This document shows, piece by piece, positions 50,777 to 61,063 of a stretch of 64,000 nt of DNA. Every line of letters begins with the position of its first letter. Within the stretch, counting starts at the first letter, position 1. Under the pieces are notes generated by a model, which was given only the letters and a program-made list of their open reading frames with translations, did not search any database and was not told the DNA's origin. The stretch is from Alphaproteobacteria bacterium (GTDB lineage: Bacteria > Pseudomonadota > Alphaproteobacteria > UBA7887). Location of the stretch: NCBI GenBank assembly GCA_965216755.1, contig CBDCGL010000011.1, positions 128,001 through 192,000 on the forward strand, read 5' to 3'. The position numbers and the translations under genes were made by a program.

Positions 50777-51330
50777 TCAAAATTGAGACATGAGGTCTAA
50801 GAGGCACCAACCATCGCTTGCGAGTTCGGATCGCTTCATACCCGCCACCTCGCCGCCGAGTTGACCGGTAACGAGTAGCAACTTGAAGAGTAACCCGTAA
50901 GGTAGCCTTCGGTATCGTACGCCGCCCAAAGGACCTTTATCTTGTCATCGTCAAGTACACGGTGGCGCGGAGTCCCGACTTCTGCCGTAATCCTGACGGC
51001 GGGGGCCGCATCCAGGATGTCTTGTAAAAGGGCCCAAGCGAAAATCTGTTTGACTAACGACAGCACGCGATTAGCAGCAACAGGTGATTTACGTGCTTTC
51101 TCACGGATCAGCTCTCGAACGTTGGGGCGGACAATGGTCGCTATCGGCAGAGTGCTCCATCGCGGCAGTAGGTCGCGCCTGATCTTGCGTTCCAGCTCCC
51201 TCCAAGACCTTGCGCCCGCCTTTCTTGCATGGTCCTCGATGAAGTCGATGGCAACGGCCCCAAACGTGTTGCGTCGGGCACGTTCGGTCTTGCGTTGCTG
51301 CTGACGCTCTCGTGCACGGGAGTCGATAAC
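50777..51330 (-). pseudogene. Tyrosine integrase remnant (frameshifted, truncated)
   Basis: TFGAVAIDFIE, PVAANRVLS..IFAWA, RHRVLDDD; after a frameshift near 50900 it reads PYGLLFKLLLVTGQLGGEVAGM (Box I with the Arg lost), then stop. Confidence 0.85.
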
Positions 51331-51439
51331 CAACGTACGGTCCGCTGGGCCTGATGCCGCGACATTTGCGCTTGTCCGCAATTCCTCGACCGGGGAATAT
51401 GTTCGCCCAACTGATCTGACGGTGAAGAGCGAGGGAATC

Positions 51440-52645
51440 ATGGCAGAGGCGTTCATTTGCGATGCGGTTCGCACCCCGATCGGACGCTATGCTGGTGCGT
51501 TATCGTCGGTGCGCACAGACGACCTTGGCGCCATCCCGATTAAGGCCTTGATGGCGCGCAACCCCAATGTCGATTGGGATCAAACCGACGATGTGCTTTA
51601 CGGCTGCGCCAATCAGGCCGGCGAAGACAATCGCAATGTTGCGCGTATGGCCCTGTTGCTGGCCGGTTTGCCGCATGCAGTACCAGGGGCGACGATCAAT
51701 CGGCTGTGTGGGTCGGGGCTAGATGCCGTTGGTACCGCGGCCCGGGCCATCAGGTCTGGCGACGCGGAAATGATGATCGCCGGGGGCGTCGAAAGCATGT
51801 CGCGTGCGCCGTTTGTCATGGGCAAAGCAGAATCCGCCTTTTCACGCAGCGCAGAAATCTACGACACGACTATCGGTTGGCGTTTTGTCAACCCCATGAT
51901 GCGTCAGCAATACGGCATCGACTCCATGCCTGAGACCGCGGAAAACGTCGCTGAAGATTTTGGTGTGTCGCGGCCAGATCAAGACGCTTTTGCGCTGCGC
52001 AGCCAGCTGCGGGCAGCCGATGCGCAGAAGTCGGGGCAATTGGCCGACGAGATCGTGCCGGTCGAGGTGCCCCAACGAAAAGGCCCGCCCCTGGTCGTTG
52101 ATGCAGACGAGCATCCGCGTGGCAACACCGCCCTTGAAAAACTTGCCAAGCTGCCGACACCATTCCGCGAAGGCGGCACGGTCACGGCTGGCAATGCTTC
52201 GGGTGTCAATGATGGCGCCTGTGCCTTGGTAATTGCCTCCGAGGCTGCGACAAAGCGCCATGGGTTGGAACCGAAGGCCCGGGTTGTTGGAATGGCGACG
52301 GCAGGAGTGGCGCCGCGGATTATGGGTTTTGGACCTGCGCCGGCGACGAAGAAACTGCTCCAAAAAACGAGCGTGACGCTGGACGATGTCGATGTGATCG
52401 AGCTCAACGAAGCTTTCGCCGCGCAGGCCTTGGCTGTGACCCGCGATCTTGGTCTCGCCGACGATGCACAGCACGTCAATCCCAATGGTGGCGCGATCGC
52501 GTTCGGCCATCCGCTGGGCATGAGTGGCGCGCGCCTGGCCACCACGGCGACTTACCAACTCCGGCGCACCCAGGGCCGCTACGCGCTTTGCACCATGTGC
52601 ATTGGGGTCGGCCAAGGCATTGCCGCGTTGTTAGAACGGGTTTGA
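51440..52645 (+). CDS. pcaF: 3-oxoadipyl-CoA thiolase (PcaF/PaaJ-like)
   Basis: GCANQAGEDNRNVARM, NRLCGSG, NEAFA, GHPLG, CIGVGQG. Confidence 0.9.
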   Translation: MAEAFICDAVRTPIGRYAGALSSVRTDDLGAIPIKALMARNPNVDWDQTDDVLYGCANQAGEDNRNVARMALLLAGLPHAVPGATINRLCGSGLDAVGTAARAIRSGDAEMMIAGGVESMSRAPFVMGKAESAFSRSAEIYDTTIGWRFVNPMMRQQYGIDSMPETAENVAEDFGVSRPDQDAFALRSQLRAADAQKSGQLADEIVPVEVPQRKGPPLVVDADEHPRGNTALEKLAKLPTPFREGGTVTAGNASGVNDGACALVIASEAATKRHGLEPKARVVGMATAGVAPRIMGFGPAPATKKLLQKTSVTLDDVDVIELNEAFAAQALAVTRDLGLADDAQHVNPNGGAIAFGHPLGMSGARLATTATYQLRRTQGRYALCTMCIGVGQGIAALLERV

Positions 52646-52769
52646 CCTGCCAGACCTCATTCCCAGCATGGAATTACCATGGGGCTACGCCTGATACTTG
52701 CTGGCAACAGGCGACATGTTACGGGGTAAATGGCAGCTTTGAAAATGATCCCCAAGTCCGAAAGCATCT

Positions 52770-54152
52770 TCACAACAGCTGACGAAGCTTCCGCAATGTT
52801 GGCAGCGCCGTTGTGACAATTGTGTCGCGGTCGACATGTCGGCCGTCGGAAACCACGTGACGCCCGGCGGAAAAAACGTCGCGGACTAACCGATCATCGG
52901 CGGCAAATATCCATGCGTCCAACAACCTGTCGCCGTCTACGCCGGATAACGCAAGTGCGTTCCCGTCCAAAGCCACAAAGTCCGCTAACCTGCCTTCGGC
53001 AATGGCGCCGGACGCCCGGCCGATTGCTTGGGAACCACCATGCGAGCAAGCGTCGAAAAGCGCACGTCCAACTGAGCCACCCTTGGGTGCCAATTGTCCG
53101 CGGCCACGACGGCTCAGCCTCTGCGAATATTCAAGCGTGCGCAATTCTTCCGACAGTGAAATGCGAACATTTGAGTCCGAGCCAATTCCAATTCGCCCGC
53201 CGGCAATCATGAATTCGACGGCCTCATATATTCCGTCGCCAAGGTTGCTTTCGGTAATCGGGCACAAGCCGACCACCGCACCACTGTTTGCCATTGCGTG
53301 CAACTCCTTGGCTGTAACATGGGTTGCGTGAACCAAACACCAGCGCTGATCGACCTCGTGGTTTTCCATCAACCATGACATGGGTCGACGGCCATAGGCC
53401 GCCGAGACTTCGTCGACTTCTCGCTCTTGTTCCGCGATATGTAGATGCACGGGTGCGCCCGGCAAGAGCGATGATGCCCAAGTTAAGTCGCCTGGAGAAA
53501 CGGCTCTTAGGGAATGGGCTGCGACGCCAACAGTGCTGTCTTCATCGAGCCCGGATATGGCGCCGAGACATGATCCGAGCACCGCTTCGAAACGATCACG
53601 ATCGCATCCGAACCGCCGCTGACCGCTGGATAGTGCACGCCCATCCAATCCGCCGCGGCTATAGAGCGCCGGTAGAAGCGTCAACCCAATGCCGGTGCGG
53701 GCAGCCGCGGCAACGATGCGCGATCCCATTGTGCCGATATTGTCGTAAATGCTGCCGTCCGGCTGATGATGCAGGTAATGAAATTCTCCGACCGCGGCAT
53801 AGCCGGACTCCAACATCTCCATTTGCACAAGCGCGGCGATGATCTCTATGTCTTCGGGTGTCAAAAGCGCCACAAGTCCGTACATGAATTCACGCCAAGA
53901 CCAGAAGTCGTCTTGGCTTGTTGACCGATGCTCGCCCAGCCCGGCCAATGAACGCTGGAAAGCATGGCTGTGAAGGTTAGCCGGCGCGGGCAACAGGACT
54001 TTGCCAGAGAGTCTTTCGTCGTCCGCCTCGGGCTTCGAATCTGTGTGGACTGCTGAAATCCTTCCGTTCGGACCAACCACAATTCGAACATCCCGGAACC
54101 AGCCAATTGGCAACAGCGCACGGTCAACGAACAGACTTGTCACACGCCGCAT
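52770..54152 (-). CDS. hutF: Formimidoylglutamate deiminase
   Basis: NLHSHAFQR, EFHYLHH, HSLRAV, HIAEQ, CPITESNLGDG. Confidence 0.95.
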   Translation of the reverse strand: MRRVTSLFVDRALLPIGWFRDVRIVVGPNGRISAVHTDSKPEADDERLSGKVLLPAPANLHSHAFQRSLAGLGEHRSTSQDDFWSWREFMYGLVALLTPEDIEIIAALVQMEMLESGYAAVGEFHYLHHQPDGSIYDNIGTMGSRIVAAAARTGIGLTLLPALYSRGGLDGRALSSGQRRFGCDRDRFEAVLGSCLGAISGLDEDSTVGVAAHSLRAVSPGDLTWASSLLPGAPVHLHIAEQEREVDEVSAAYGRRPMSWLMENHEVDQRWCLVHATHVTAKELHAMANSGAVVGLCPITESNLGDGIYEAVEFMIAGGRIGIGSDSNVRISLSEELRTLEYSQRLSRRGRGQLAPKGGSVGRALFDACSHGGSQAIGRASGAIAEGRLADFVALDGNALALSGVDGDRLLDAWIFAADDRLVRDVFSAGRHVVSDGRHVDRDTIVTTALPTLRKLRQLL

Positions 54153-54173
54153 TTTGTGATCTCTCTTGACATT

Positions 54174-54189
54174 ACATGTATATACATGT
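54174..54189. promoter_or_regulatory. HutC operator ACATGTATATACATGT in the divergent hutF/hutI promoter
   Basis: Perfect 16-bp palindrome containing TGTA-N2-TACA; TTGACA at 54166. Confidence 0.85.
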
Positions 54190-54212
54190 CACTTTAGCTG
54201 TAATTCTCGAGC

Positions 54213-55445
54213 ATGCAAAAGGTTCTCTGTGGCATGGAAAGACATGCATTTGTTAGTGCCTTTGTTGCAACAATGCAGCCGTATGGCAATCCCTATGGCT
54301 TGATTGAGAATGGTTGCGTCGTGGTCGATGGCAGTATGGTTGCGTGGGTTGGGCCGCAATCTCAGGTGCCAAAGGCATATGCAACATATCCAAAGAGAGA
54401 CTTCGGGCCTCGCTTGATTGCGCCAGCCCTGATTGATTGCCACACGCACTTGGTTTACGGCGGCGACCGATCGCGCGAATTCGAGCTACGCTTGGAAGGC
54501 GCGTCGTACGAAGAAATCGCGCGCGCGGGCGGCGGCATCGTGTCAACTGTCAAGGCGACGAGGGAGGCGACTGAGGATGACCTTCTCAAAGTTGCCGTTA
54601 CACGGCTTGATGCTTTACTTGCCGATGGTGTCGGCACGGTTGAGGTAAAATCGGGTTACGGGCTCGAGACCGAGACCGAGCTCAAAATGCTGCGAGTCGC
54701 GCGCCGGCTCGGCGAGATGCGACCGGTCAACATCATGACAACGTTTCTGGGGGCTCATACTGTGCCGCCCGAATTCGGTGATCAGGCCGACGCCTATATT
54801 GACCTGGTTTGTCGTGAGATGATGGACGCTGTTGTGGCGGCCAATTTGGCCGACGCGGTGGACGGGTTTTGCGAGTCGATCGCGTTCACGCCGGATCAAA
54901 TTGCCAGGGTATTCGATGCGGCCAGAAAGCACGGGTTGCCCATCAAGCTGCACGCTGAACAGTTGAGCAATCTCGGCGCCGCCGCGTTGGCAGCTCGCTA
55001 TGGAGCCCTGTCGGCGGACCATCTTGAATATTTGGGCGCCGACGGCATTGACGCCATGGCTGGAGCGGGTACCGTTGCCGTGCTCTTGCCTGGCGCCTTC
55101 TACGCGCTCAGGGAAATCCAACTGCCGCCGGTCGATGGCCTTCGCGACGCGAAGGTACCAATCGCGATTGCCACGGATTGCAACCCCGGTTCATCACCGC
55201 TGGTCTCGCCATTGTTGGCTATGAATATGGCCTGCACGTTGTTTCGTCTCACGCCCGAAGAAGCTTTGGCCGGCCTAACCCGCAATGCGGCTATGGCGCT
55301 TGGGCTTGGCAAAGGCGCCGGAACGATTGCGCCCGGGGCGCCTGCCAACCTCTCAGTCTGGGATGTGTCTTCGCCCGCGGCGCTGGCCTACATGATCGGA
55401 CATCGGCCGTTACACGCGCGCATACATGGGGGGCGAATTGTCTAA
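54213..55445 (+). CDS. hutI: Imidazolonepropionase (start uncertain)
   Basis: [38 protein letters not shown]. Confidence 0.95.
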   Translation: MQKVLCGMERHAFVSAFVATMQPYGNPYGLIENGCVVVDGSMVAWVGPQSQVPKAYATYPKRDFGPRLIAPALIDCHTHLVYGGDRSREFELRLEGASYEEIARAGGGIVSTVKATREATEDDLLKVAVTRLDALLADGVGTVEVKSGYGLETETELKMLRVARRLGEMRPVNIMTTFLGAHTVPPEFGDQADAYIDLVCREMMDAVVAANLADAVDGFCESIAFTPDQIARVFDAARKHGLPIKLHAEQLSNLGAAALAARYGALSADHLEYLGADGIDAMAGAGTVAVLLPGAFYALREIQLPPVDGLRDAKVPIAIATDCNPGSSPLVSPLLAMNMACTLFRLTPEEALAGLTRNAAMALGLGKGAGTIAPGAPANLSVWDVSSPAALAYMIGHRPLHARIHGGRIV

Positions 55446-56988
55446 GCCAATCTTGCTCACGCCAGGAACCACCAAGTTGGCAACGCTCGAGCACATTTTT
55501 CGCGGGGACGAGCCTGTTGACCTGGATCCGAGTTGTCGCTCCGGGGTCGATCGTGCTGTTGCGGTCGTGCGCGATGCGGCAGCCGGCGATGAACCCGTGT
55601 ATGGCGTCAACACTGGATTCGGCAAATTGGCGCAGGTGCGTATTGCCGCTGACAAGACCGCGGATTTACAGCGGAACCTCATCAGGTCTCATTGTTGCGG
55701 TGTCGGTCCGTCGCTGCCCACAGCGGTCGTTCGCCTCACTATGGTGCTGAAGATTTTGTCGCTCGGACGGGGCGCATCAGGCGTACGTTGGGAAATAATC
55801 GCGCTTCTACAGAATATGGTCAACGCTGGTGTCACGCCGGCTATTCCTGCCCAGGGATCGGTCGGTGCGTCGGGAGACCTCGCGCCATTGGCCCACTTGA
55901 GCGCTGTGTTGGTTGGGGAAGGGCACGCGGTCTATCGTGGCGAAGCATTGCCTGGTGGTGACGCATTGCGTGCGGCCGGTCTATCGCCGGTCGCACTCGG
56001 GCCGAAAGAAGGACTGGCGCTGATTAACGGGACGCAGGTATCGACGGCGTTGGCACTTGTGGGGCTATTCGATGCATGGCGCATGGCAATGGTTTCGTTG
56101 GTGACGGCGTCGTTGTCCACTGACGCAATGAAGGGGTCGACTGCGCCTTTGCGGCCAGAACTTCACGAGCTACGTGGCCATTGTGGCCAAATTGACGCAG
56201 CGCGCGCCATGCGGGCGATGCTCGCTGGTTCCCAAATCCGCGAATCTCACCGCGACGACGACGACCGCGTTCAGGATCCGTATTGCATTCGCTGCCAGCC
56301 CCAAGTCGTCGGCGCGGTTATCGATTTACTTCGCGCACAGGCAAGGATACTGGAAGTGGAGGCCAATGCCGCAACAGACAATCCGCTGGTGGTTGCTGAT
56401 AACGGCGACATTCTGTCTGGCGGTAATTTTCACGCTGAGCCGGTCGCGTTTGCCGGTGACATCATCGCTTTGGCAATTGCCGAAACGGGCTCGATCGCGC
56501 AAAGGCGAATTGCCCTTTTGGTTGATCCCACAATCAACCATCACTTGCCACCATATCTGACGCCGGATCCCGGGATCAATTCCGGCTTCATGATCGCCGA
56601 AGTGACCACTGCGGCCCTGATGAGCGAGAATAAGCAGCGTGCGGTACCATGTTCGGTTGACTCAACCCCGACCTCAGCGAATCAGGAAGATCATGTATCT
56701 ATGGCGTGTCACGGCGCCCGCCGGCTGACGCCCATGAACGACAATCTCGGCGGTATTCTGGGTGTTGAACTTCTCGCGTCCGCGCAGGGTATTGAGTTTC
56801 GCGCGCCGCTTGCAACAAGCACAATCCTGCAAAACGTCATGACGATTGTCAGAAGCGTTTGTGCACCACTTGCGGAAGATCGCGCGCTTTCAGACGATAT
56901 CACGCAAGCTGCCGAGTTGGCCCGCTCGGGCGCGATTCTAGAGAGCTTGCCGGTCGACGTGCTGCCCAGATTCGATGCCGGGTCGTGA
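55438..56988 (+). CDS. hutH: Histidine ammonia-lyase (TTG start inferred)
   Basis: [20 protein letters not shown] (MIO-forming ASG), [16 protein letters not shown]. Confidence 0.96.
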   Translation: MSKPILLTPGTTKLATLEHIFRGDEPVDLDPSCRSGVDRAVAVVRDAAAGDEPVYGVNTGFGKLAQVRIAADKTADLQRNLIRSHCCGVGPSLPTAVVRLTMVLKILSLGRGASGVRWEIIALLQNMVNAGVTPAIPAQGSVGASGDLAPLAHLSAVLVGEGHAVYRGEALPGGDALRAAGLSPVALGPKEGLALINGTQVSTALALVGLFDAWRMAMVSLVTASLSTDAMKGSTAPLRPELHELRGHCGQIDAARAMRAMLAGSQIRESHRDDDDRVQDPYCIRCQPQVVGAVIDLLRAQARILEVEANAATDNPLVVADNGDILSGGNFHAEPVAFAGDIIALAIAETGSIAQRRIALLVDPTINHHLPPYLTPDPGINSGFMIAEVTTAALMSENKQRAVPCSVDSTPTSANQEDHVSMACHGARRLTPMNDNLGGILGVELLASAQGIEFRAPLATSTILQNVMTIVRSVCAPLAEDRALSDDITQAAELARSGAILESLPVDVLPRFDAGS

Positions 56989-57119
56989 ACACGGTCGATT
57001 ACAAGTTCGGCCGTTCGCGAGGCGTCTTTGTCAAATGGTCTTTCGTTACCGACGATCGATCAAAGTCCGGGCGCTTGGCATCCAGGCCGATTGGTTCTGA
57101 AGACAGGAAAAATGGATGA
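56985..57119 (+). other. 44-codon ORF overlapping both hutH and hutU; possible hutG remnant
   Basis: GTGA overlap with the hutH stop and ATGA overlap with the hutU start. Confidence 0.35.
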
Positions 57120-58783
57120 ATGATCGACGGAAAAACGTCCGCTCAGTCTGCGCGCCACGCGGGTTGGAATTGTCGGCCAAGTCCTGGCAGACAGAAGCGC
57201 CCATGCGCATGCTTATGAACAATCTCGACGCCGATGTCGCGGAGAATCCAGGCGAACTTGTCGTCTATGGCGGCATAGGTCGGGCCGCTCGGAGTTGGAC
57301 TGATTTTGATCGAATCGTCGCCTGTCTCAAATCGCTGAATGTTGATGAAACACTTTTGGTGCAATCTGGCAAACCGGTCGGTGTCTTCAAGACACACGAA
57401 GATGCGCCGCGTGTGCTGATTGCCAACTCAAACCTTGTCCCTCATTGGGCCAATTGGCGTCATTTCGCCGAGCTCGACCGAAAAGGCTTAATGATGTATG
57501 GACAAATGACAGCAGGCTCATGGATATACATCGGCACCCAGGGAATTGTCCAAGGGACTTACGAGACCTTTGCGGAGGCTGGTCGCCAACACTATGATGG
57601 GGATCTGAACGGAAAGTGGATCTTGACCGCCGGTTTGGGCGGCATGGGTGGGGCCCAGCCGCTTGCCGCTGTTTTTGCCGGCGCATGTTGCCTGGCTGTC
57701 GAATGTGACCCGGATAGAATTGATTTTCGTCTGCGCACCGGCTACCTCGACGAGAAATCTGATAGCCTCGACGAAGCACTCACAATGATTGCGCGCTGGA
57801 CAGCCGCAGGGAAAGCGAAATCCGTCGGCCTCTTGGCCAACGCCGCGGACGTTTTTCCGGAAGTGGCCGAACGGGGCCTCCGCCCCGATATTGTGACCGA
57901 CCAAACGTCCGCCCACGATCCCGTCAATGGCTATTTGCCGAGCGGTTGGTCCTTGGCCGACTGGCGGGAAAAACGGGAAACCGATCCGAACGCGGTTGAA
58001 ATCGCTGCGCGCGCATCGATGAAGATTCACGTCGCCGCGATGGTGGAGCTCTTCAAGTCGGGTGTCCCGACTTTGGACTACGGCAATAATATTCGCCAAA
58101 TGGCGCTGGAAGAGGGGCTTGAAGACGCCTTTGCATTTCCCGGATTTGTTCCGGCATATATCCGACCCTTGTTCTGTCGCGGGATCGGTCCGTTTCGGTG
58201 GGCGGCATTGTCCGGAAGCCCCGATGATATTTTTAGGACCGATGCTAAGGTCAAAGAGTTGCTCCCGGAAGACACGCATTTGCACAAATGGCTTGATATG
58301 GCGCGCGAGCGCATTTCGTTTCAGGGTCTACCGGCACGAATTTGTTGGGTCGGGCTGGGCGATCGCCACCGGCTCGGACTGGCATTCAATGAGATGGTGG
58401 CATCGGGTGAACTTGAGGCGCCGGTTGTCATCGGGCGCGATCACTTAGACGCGGGGTCGGTCGCGTCGCCCAATCGTGAGACGGAATCAATGAAGGATGG
58501 ATCGGACGCCGTGTCCGACTGGCCGCTGTTGAATGCCTTACTCAATACCGCGTCAGGTGCAACTTGGGTGTCGCTGCATCACGGTGGCGGCGTCGGCATG
58601 GGTTTCTCGCAACATGCGGGTATGGTCATTTGCGCTGATGGTACCGCCGCCGCGGCGCGCAAGCTTGAACGTGTGCTATGGAATGATCCAGCGTCTGGGG
58701 TCATGCGGCATGCCGATGCCGGCTATCAAACGGCCATCGATTGTGCTCGGAAGCACAAGCTCACTCTGCCCAGTGTCATGTGA
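57116..58783 (+). CDS. hutU: Urocanate hydratase
   Basis: [42 protein letters not shown]. Confidence 0.98.
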   Translation: MNDRRKNVRSVCAPRGLELSAKSWQTEAPMRMLMNNLDADVAENPGELVVYGGIGRAARSWTDFDRIVACLKSLNVDETLLVQSGKPVGVFKTHEDAPRVLIANSNLVPHWANWRHFAELDRKGLMMYGQMTAGSWIYIGTQGIVQGTYETFAEAGRQHYDGDLNGKWILTAGLGGMGGAQPLAAVFAGACCLAVECDPDRIDFRLRTGYLDEKSDSLDEALTMIARWTAAGKAKSVGLLANAADVFPEVAERGLRPDIVTDQTSAHDPVNGYLPSGWSLADWREKRETDPNAVEIAARASMKIHVAAMVELFKSGVPTLDYGNNIRQMALEEGLEDAFAFPGFVPAYIRPLFCRGIGPFRWAALSGSPDDIFRTDAKVKELLPEDTHLHKWLDMARERISFQGLPARICWVGLGDRHRLGLAFNEMVASGELEAPVVIGRDHLDAGSVASPNRETESMKDGSDAVSDWPLLNALLNTASGATWVSLHHGGGVGMGFSQHAGMVICADGTAAAARKLERVLWNDPASGVMRHADAGYQTAIDCARKHKLTLPSVM

Positions 58784-58869
58784 GCGGCTAAATTTGTCGT
58801 GACACGACGTCGGGTATCGACAAGGGGCGATCGGAGTTTGTTGTTGACGTTGGCACGGTGGTTCGCGCG

Positions 58870-59592
58870 ATGACGGACCCGGCACCGCTCTACGAAGTGG
58901 TAAAGCGACACATTACGGATGGTATAGTTTCGGGCAAGTTTGCACCCGGATCGAAACTTCCTTCGGAAAAGGAACTGGTTGAGGCGTTTGCCGTATCTCG
59001 CATGACTGTAAATCGCGCGCTTCGAGAACTTGTGCGGGATGGCGTCATCTTCAGAATGCAAGGTGTTGGTTCGTTCGTATGCGAAACGAACCGCGCGACG
59101 TCTTTGGTCGAAGTGCGCGATATACGAGAGACTATTGCGGAACGCGGCGGTGTCTATTCGTGCCGAATACTCAAAGGAAAAGGTACCCTGACAAACGCCG
59201 ATTTCGTCGAGCTATTTGATTGTGTGCCGAAACCCGCGATTTCAAGCTTGACCCTCGTTCACTTTGAGGATGGTCAGCCTTTGCAACTTGAACGTCGATT
59301 CGTACGTCGCGATTTTGCGCCGAATCTATTGAAACAAGATTTCACAAAAATATCTTTGTATAGCTATCTACAAACGATTGCACCGATTTCTGAATTGGAG
59401 CACGTTGTCGAAGCGGTACAACCAGATGCCATCGAGCAGGAAAGTCTGGCGCTTGCTCCGGCACAGCCGGTGCTTCGGATCAGGCGACGGACCTGGGTGG
59501 GCCACAATGTCGTGACTGTCGGCTTCTTCTCGCATCCGGGTAACCGATACCGCGTCGCCGTTCGGATGCGGCCATCCGACGTCGGCGTCTAG
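58870..59592 (+). CDS. hutC: Histidine utilization repressor (GntR-UTRA)
   Basis: LPSEKEL..FAVSRMTVNRALREL, QGVGSFV, UTRA domain; within hut cluster. Confidence 0.9.
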   Translation: MTDPAPLYEVVKRHITDGIVSGKFAPGSKLPSEKELVEAFAVSRMTVNRALRELVRDGVIFRMQGVGSFVCETNRATSLVEVRDIRETIAERGGVYSCRILKGKGTLTNADFVELFDCVPKPAISSLTLVHFEDGQPLQLERRFVRRDFAPNLLKQDFTKISLYSYLQTIAPISELEHVVEAVQPDAIEQESLALAPAQPVLRIRRRTWVGHNVVTVGFFSHPGNRYRVAVRMRPSDVGV

Positions 59593-59646
59593 AGTAGGGT
59601 CCGACAATATTGAATCAATTCTGTTTCCTGCCCGGCACGAAGGTCG

Positions 59647-60552
59647 CTAAATGCGCGCCCTGTTTAGCCAGACTGACAGGTCCCGCTGCGTAATTTCGGC
59701 CAAACGTCTAATCTGGGGCGCCATGTGGCTGCGAATTTCCGCTTCCAGTTCTTCTGAGATTGGGACGCGTTTTGTCGGCTTTGAAAGCTTGCGCGACAGG
59801 CGGCCGGCCAAGTCTCTGCCGCCCAAGCCGAGCATCTTTTTGGCCACCGACGCGATTCGCGGAGGCCGCTGCAGAAATCGGGCTAACAGGCGGGATCGGT
59901 GAATCTTGTTCTCATTGATACGCGGGAATTCGGTACGACCATCCGAGGGTAGCTCAAGATGTCCAAGCGCCTGCATATAAACATCTAGGGTCGATTTCTT
60001 GAGATCATCGTGAAACAGGACTTTAACCTGTTCCTTTGGAAAAATGCTCCACACGCGTTCCAACTGATCGGCGAAGCTGGCAACAGCCGCGTATTGCAAA
60101 AGTGTCGGTTCCAATGATGTCTCGGGAATGTGATGGCCCCCGGCGCGATCCGACTGCAATGCCCAGGCACGACCGAGATCTGGCTCCGATTCCTCAAATG
60201 TGTACAAGAGCTGCGAATGTAACGAGGCGATCATTTGAACCGGGTCTCGGAACATCACCAAAATCCGGGCGTCCGGGTTGAACGCGTGGATGTTCTTTAT
60301 GGCCTCGTGCGAGTAAAGGTACATCACCGAAGCTTCGCCAAGGCGCGTATGCTGTGCGCCACTTTCGGCGAACAGGCCCAAATACGCATCGCGGTCGCGC
60401 ACATAGGTCGGTCTTTGCAAATCGGTCGCGAAATGGTGCGGTTCTTTGCGCTGTGGCATGTAAATGTTCGGGTGCTGGCGCAGATAGAAGTATAGCGCGC
60501 TCGTGCCACACTTTGGTGCGCCAGCGATAAAGAAGTTTGGCTTATGGTCCAT
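59647..60552 (-). CDS. PAPS-dependent sulfotransferase
   Basis: GAPKCGTSAL (5'-PSB), KEPHHF, GEASVMY, RDP..S (3'-PB). Confidence 0.92.
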   Translation of the reverse strand: MDHKPNFFIAGAPKCGTSALYFYLRQHPNIYMPQRKEPHHFATDLQRPTYVRDRDAYLGLFAESGAQHTRLGEASVMYLYSHEAIKNIHAFNPDARILVMFRDPVQMIASLHSQLLYTFEESEPDLGRAWALQSDRAGGHHIPETSLEPTLLQYAAVASFADQLERVWSIFPKEQVKVLFHDDLKKSTLDVYMQALGHLELPSDGRTEFPRINENKIHRSRLLARFLQRPPRIASVAKKMLGLGGRDLAGRLSRKLSKPTKRVPISEELEAEIRSHMAPQIRRLAEITQRDLSVWLNRARI

Positions 60553-61063
60553 ATCGATGTTCAGCCGGCTGACGGAGCATATGATCGCCGTTATGTGCGA
60601 TTTAGAGATCTAGCATATATGGCGTAGAAAACGATCGGTTCAGCGTCGAGATCGGAAAAAAAAGAGGGTGACCAGGGTCGTTGAGACAGCGGCCGCGTGT
60701 AAGCATGGCATTCTTGTGCTTCAGGACAATCGCCTCGGGCGCCCAAGCGATGGCGGGGTAAGATCGCACTGCGACACTTGGAGCCAGTCATTTTTACGAG
60801 AATTATCCCGCAATTGTGCTGGAATCCAAATTCCTTGTTCCAATGGAATCTATCGCAATCGTCGCCATGCGCGGTGTAGATTCACTCCGGTTCGGTGCGT
60901 TTCCGGCCGTAGTGGGCGCATTCACACAGGCGCCTGCGTTCCAGATCGTTGGGTTCTGGTTGTGAAGGCCGTGAGCAAGCGGAAGATGACCGTGGGGACA
61001 GAAAACAACGCATTGTCGTAAGACGGGGGGCGTTCATCACTTACAGGAGGATTTCGGTGGCTC

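Noticed and set aside
51330-51440. attR (duplicate of the tRNA-Pro 3' end) near the integrase relic
   Set aside because: No copy of CCGCCCGCTCCGACCA was found by eye, so the island boundary stays inferential
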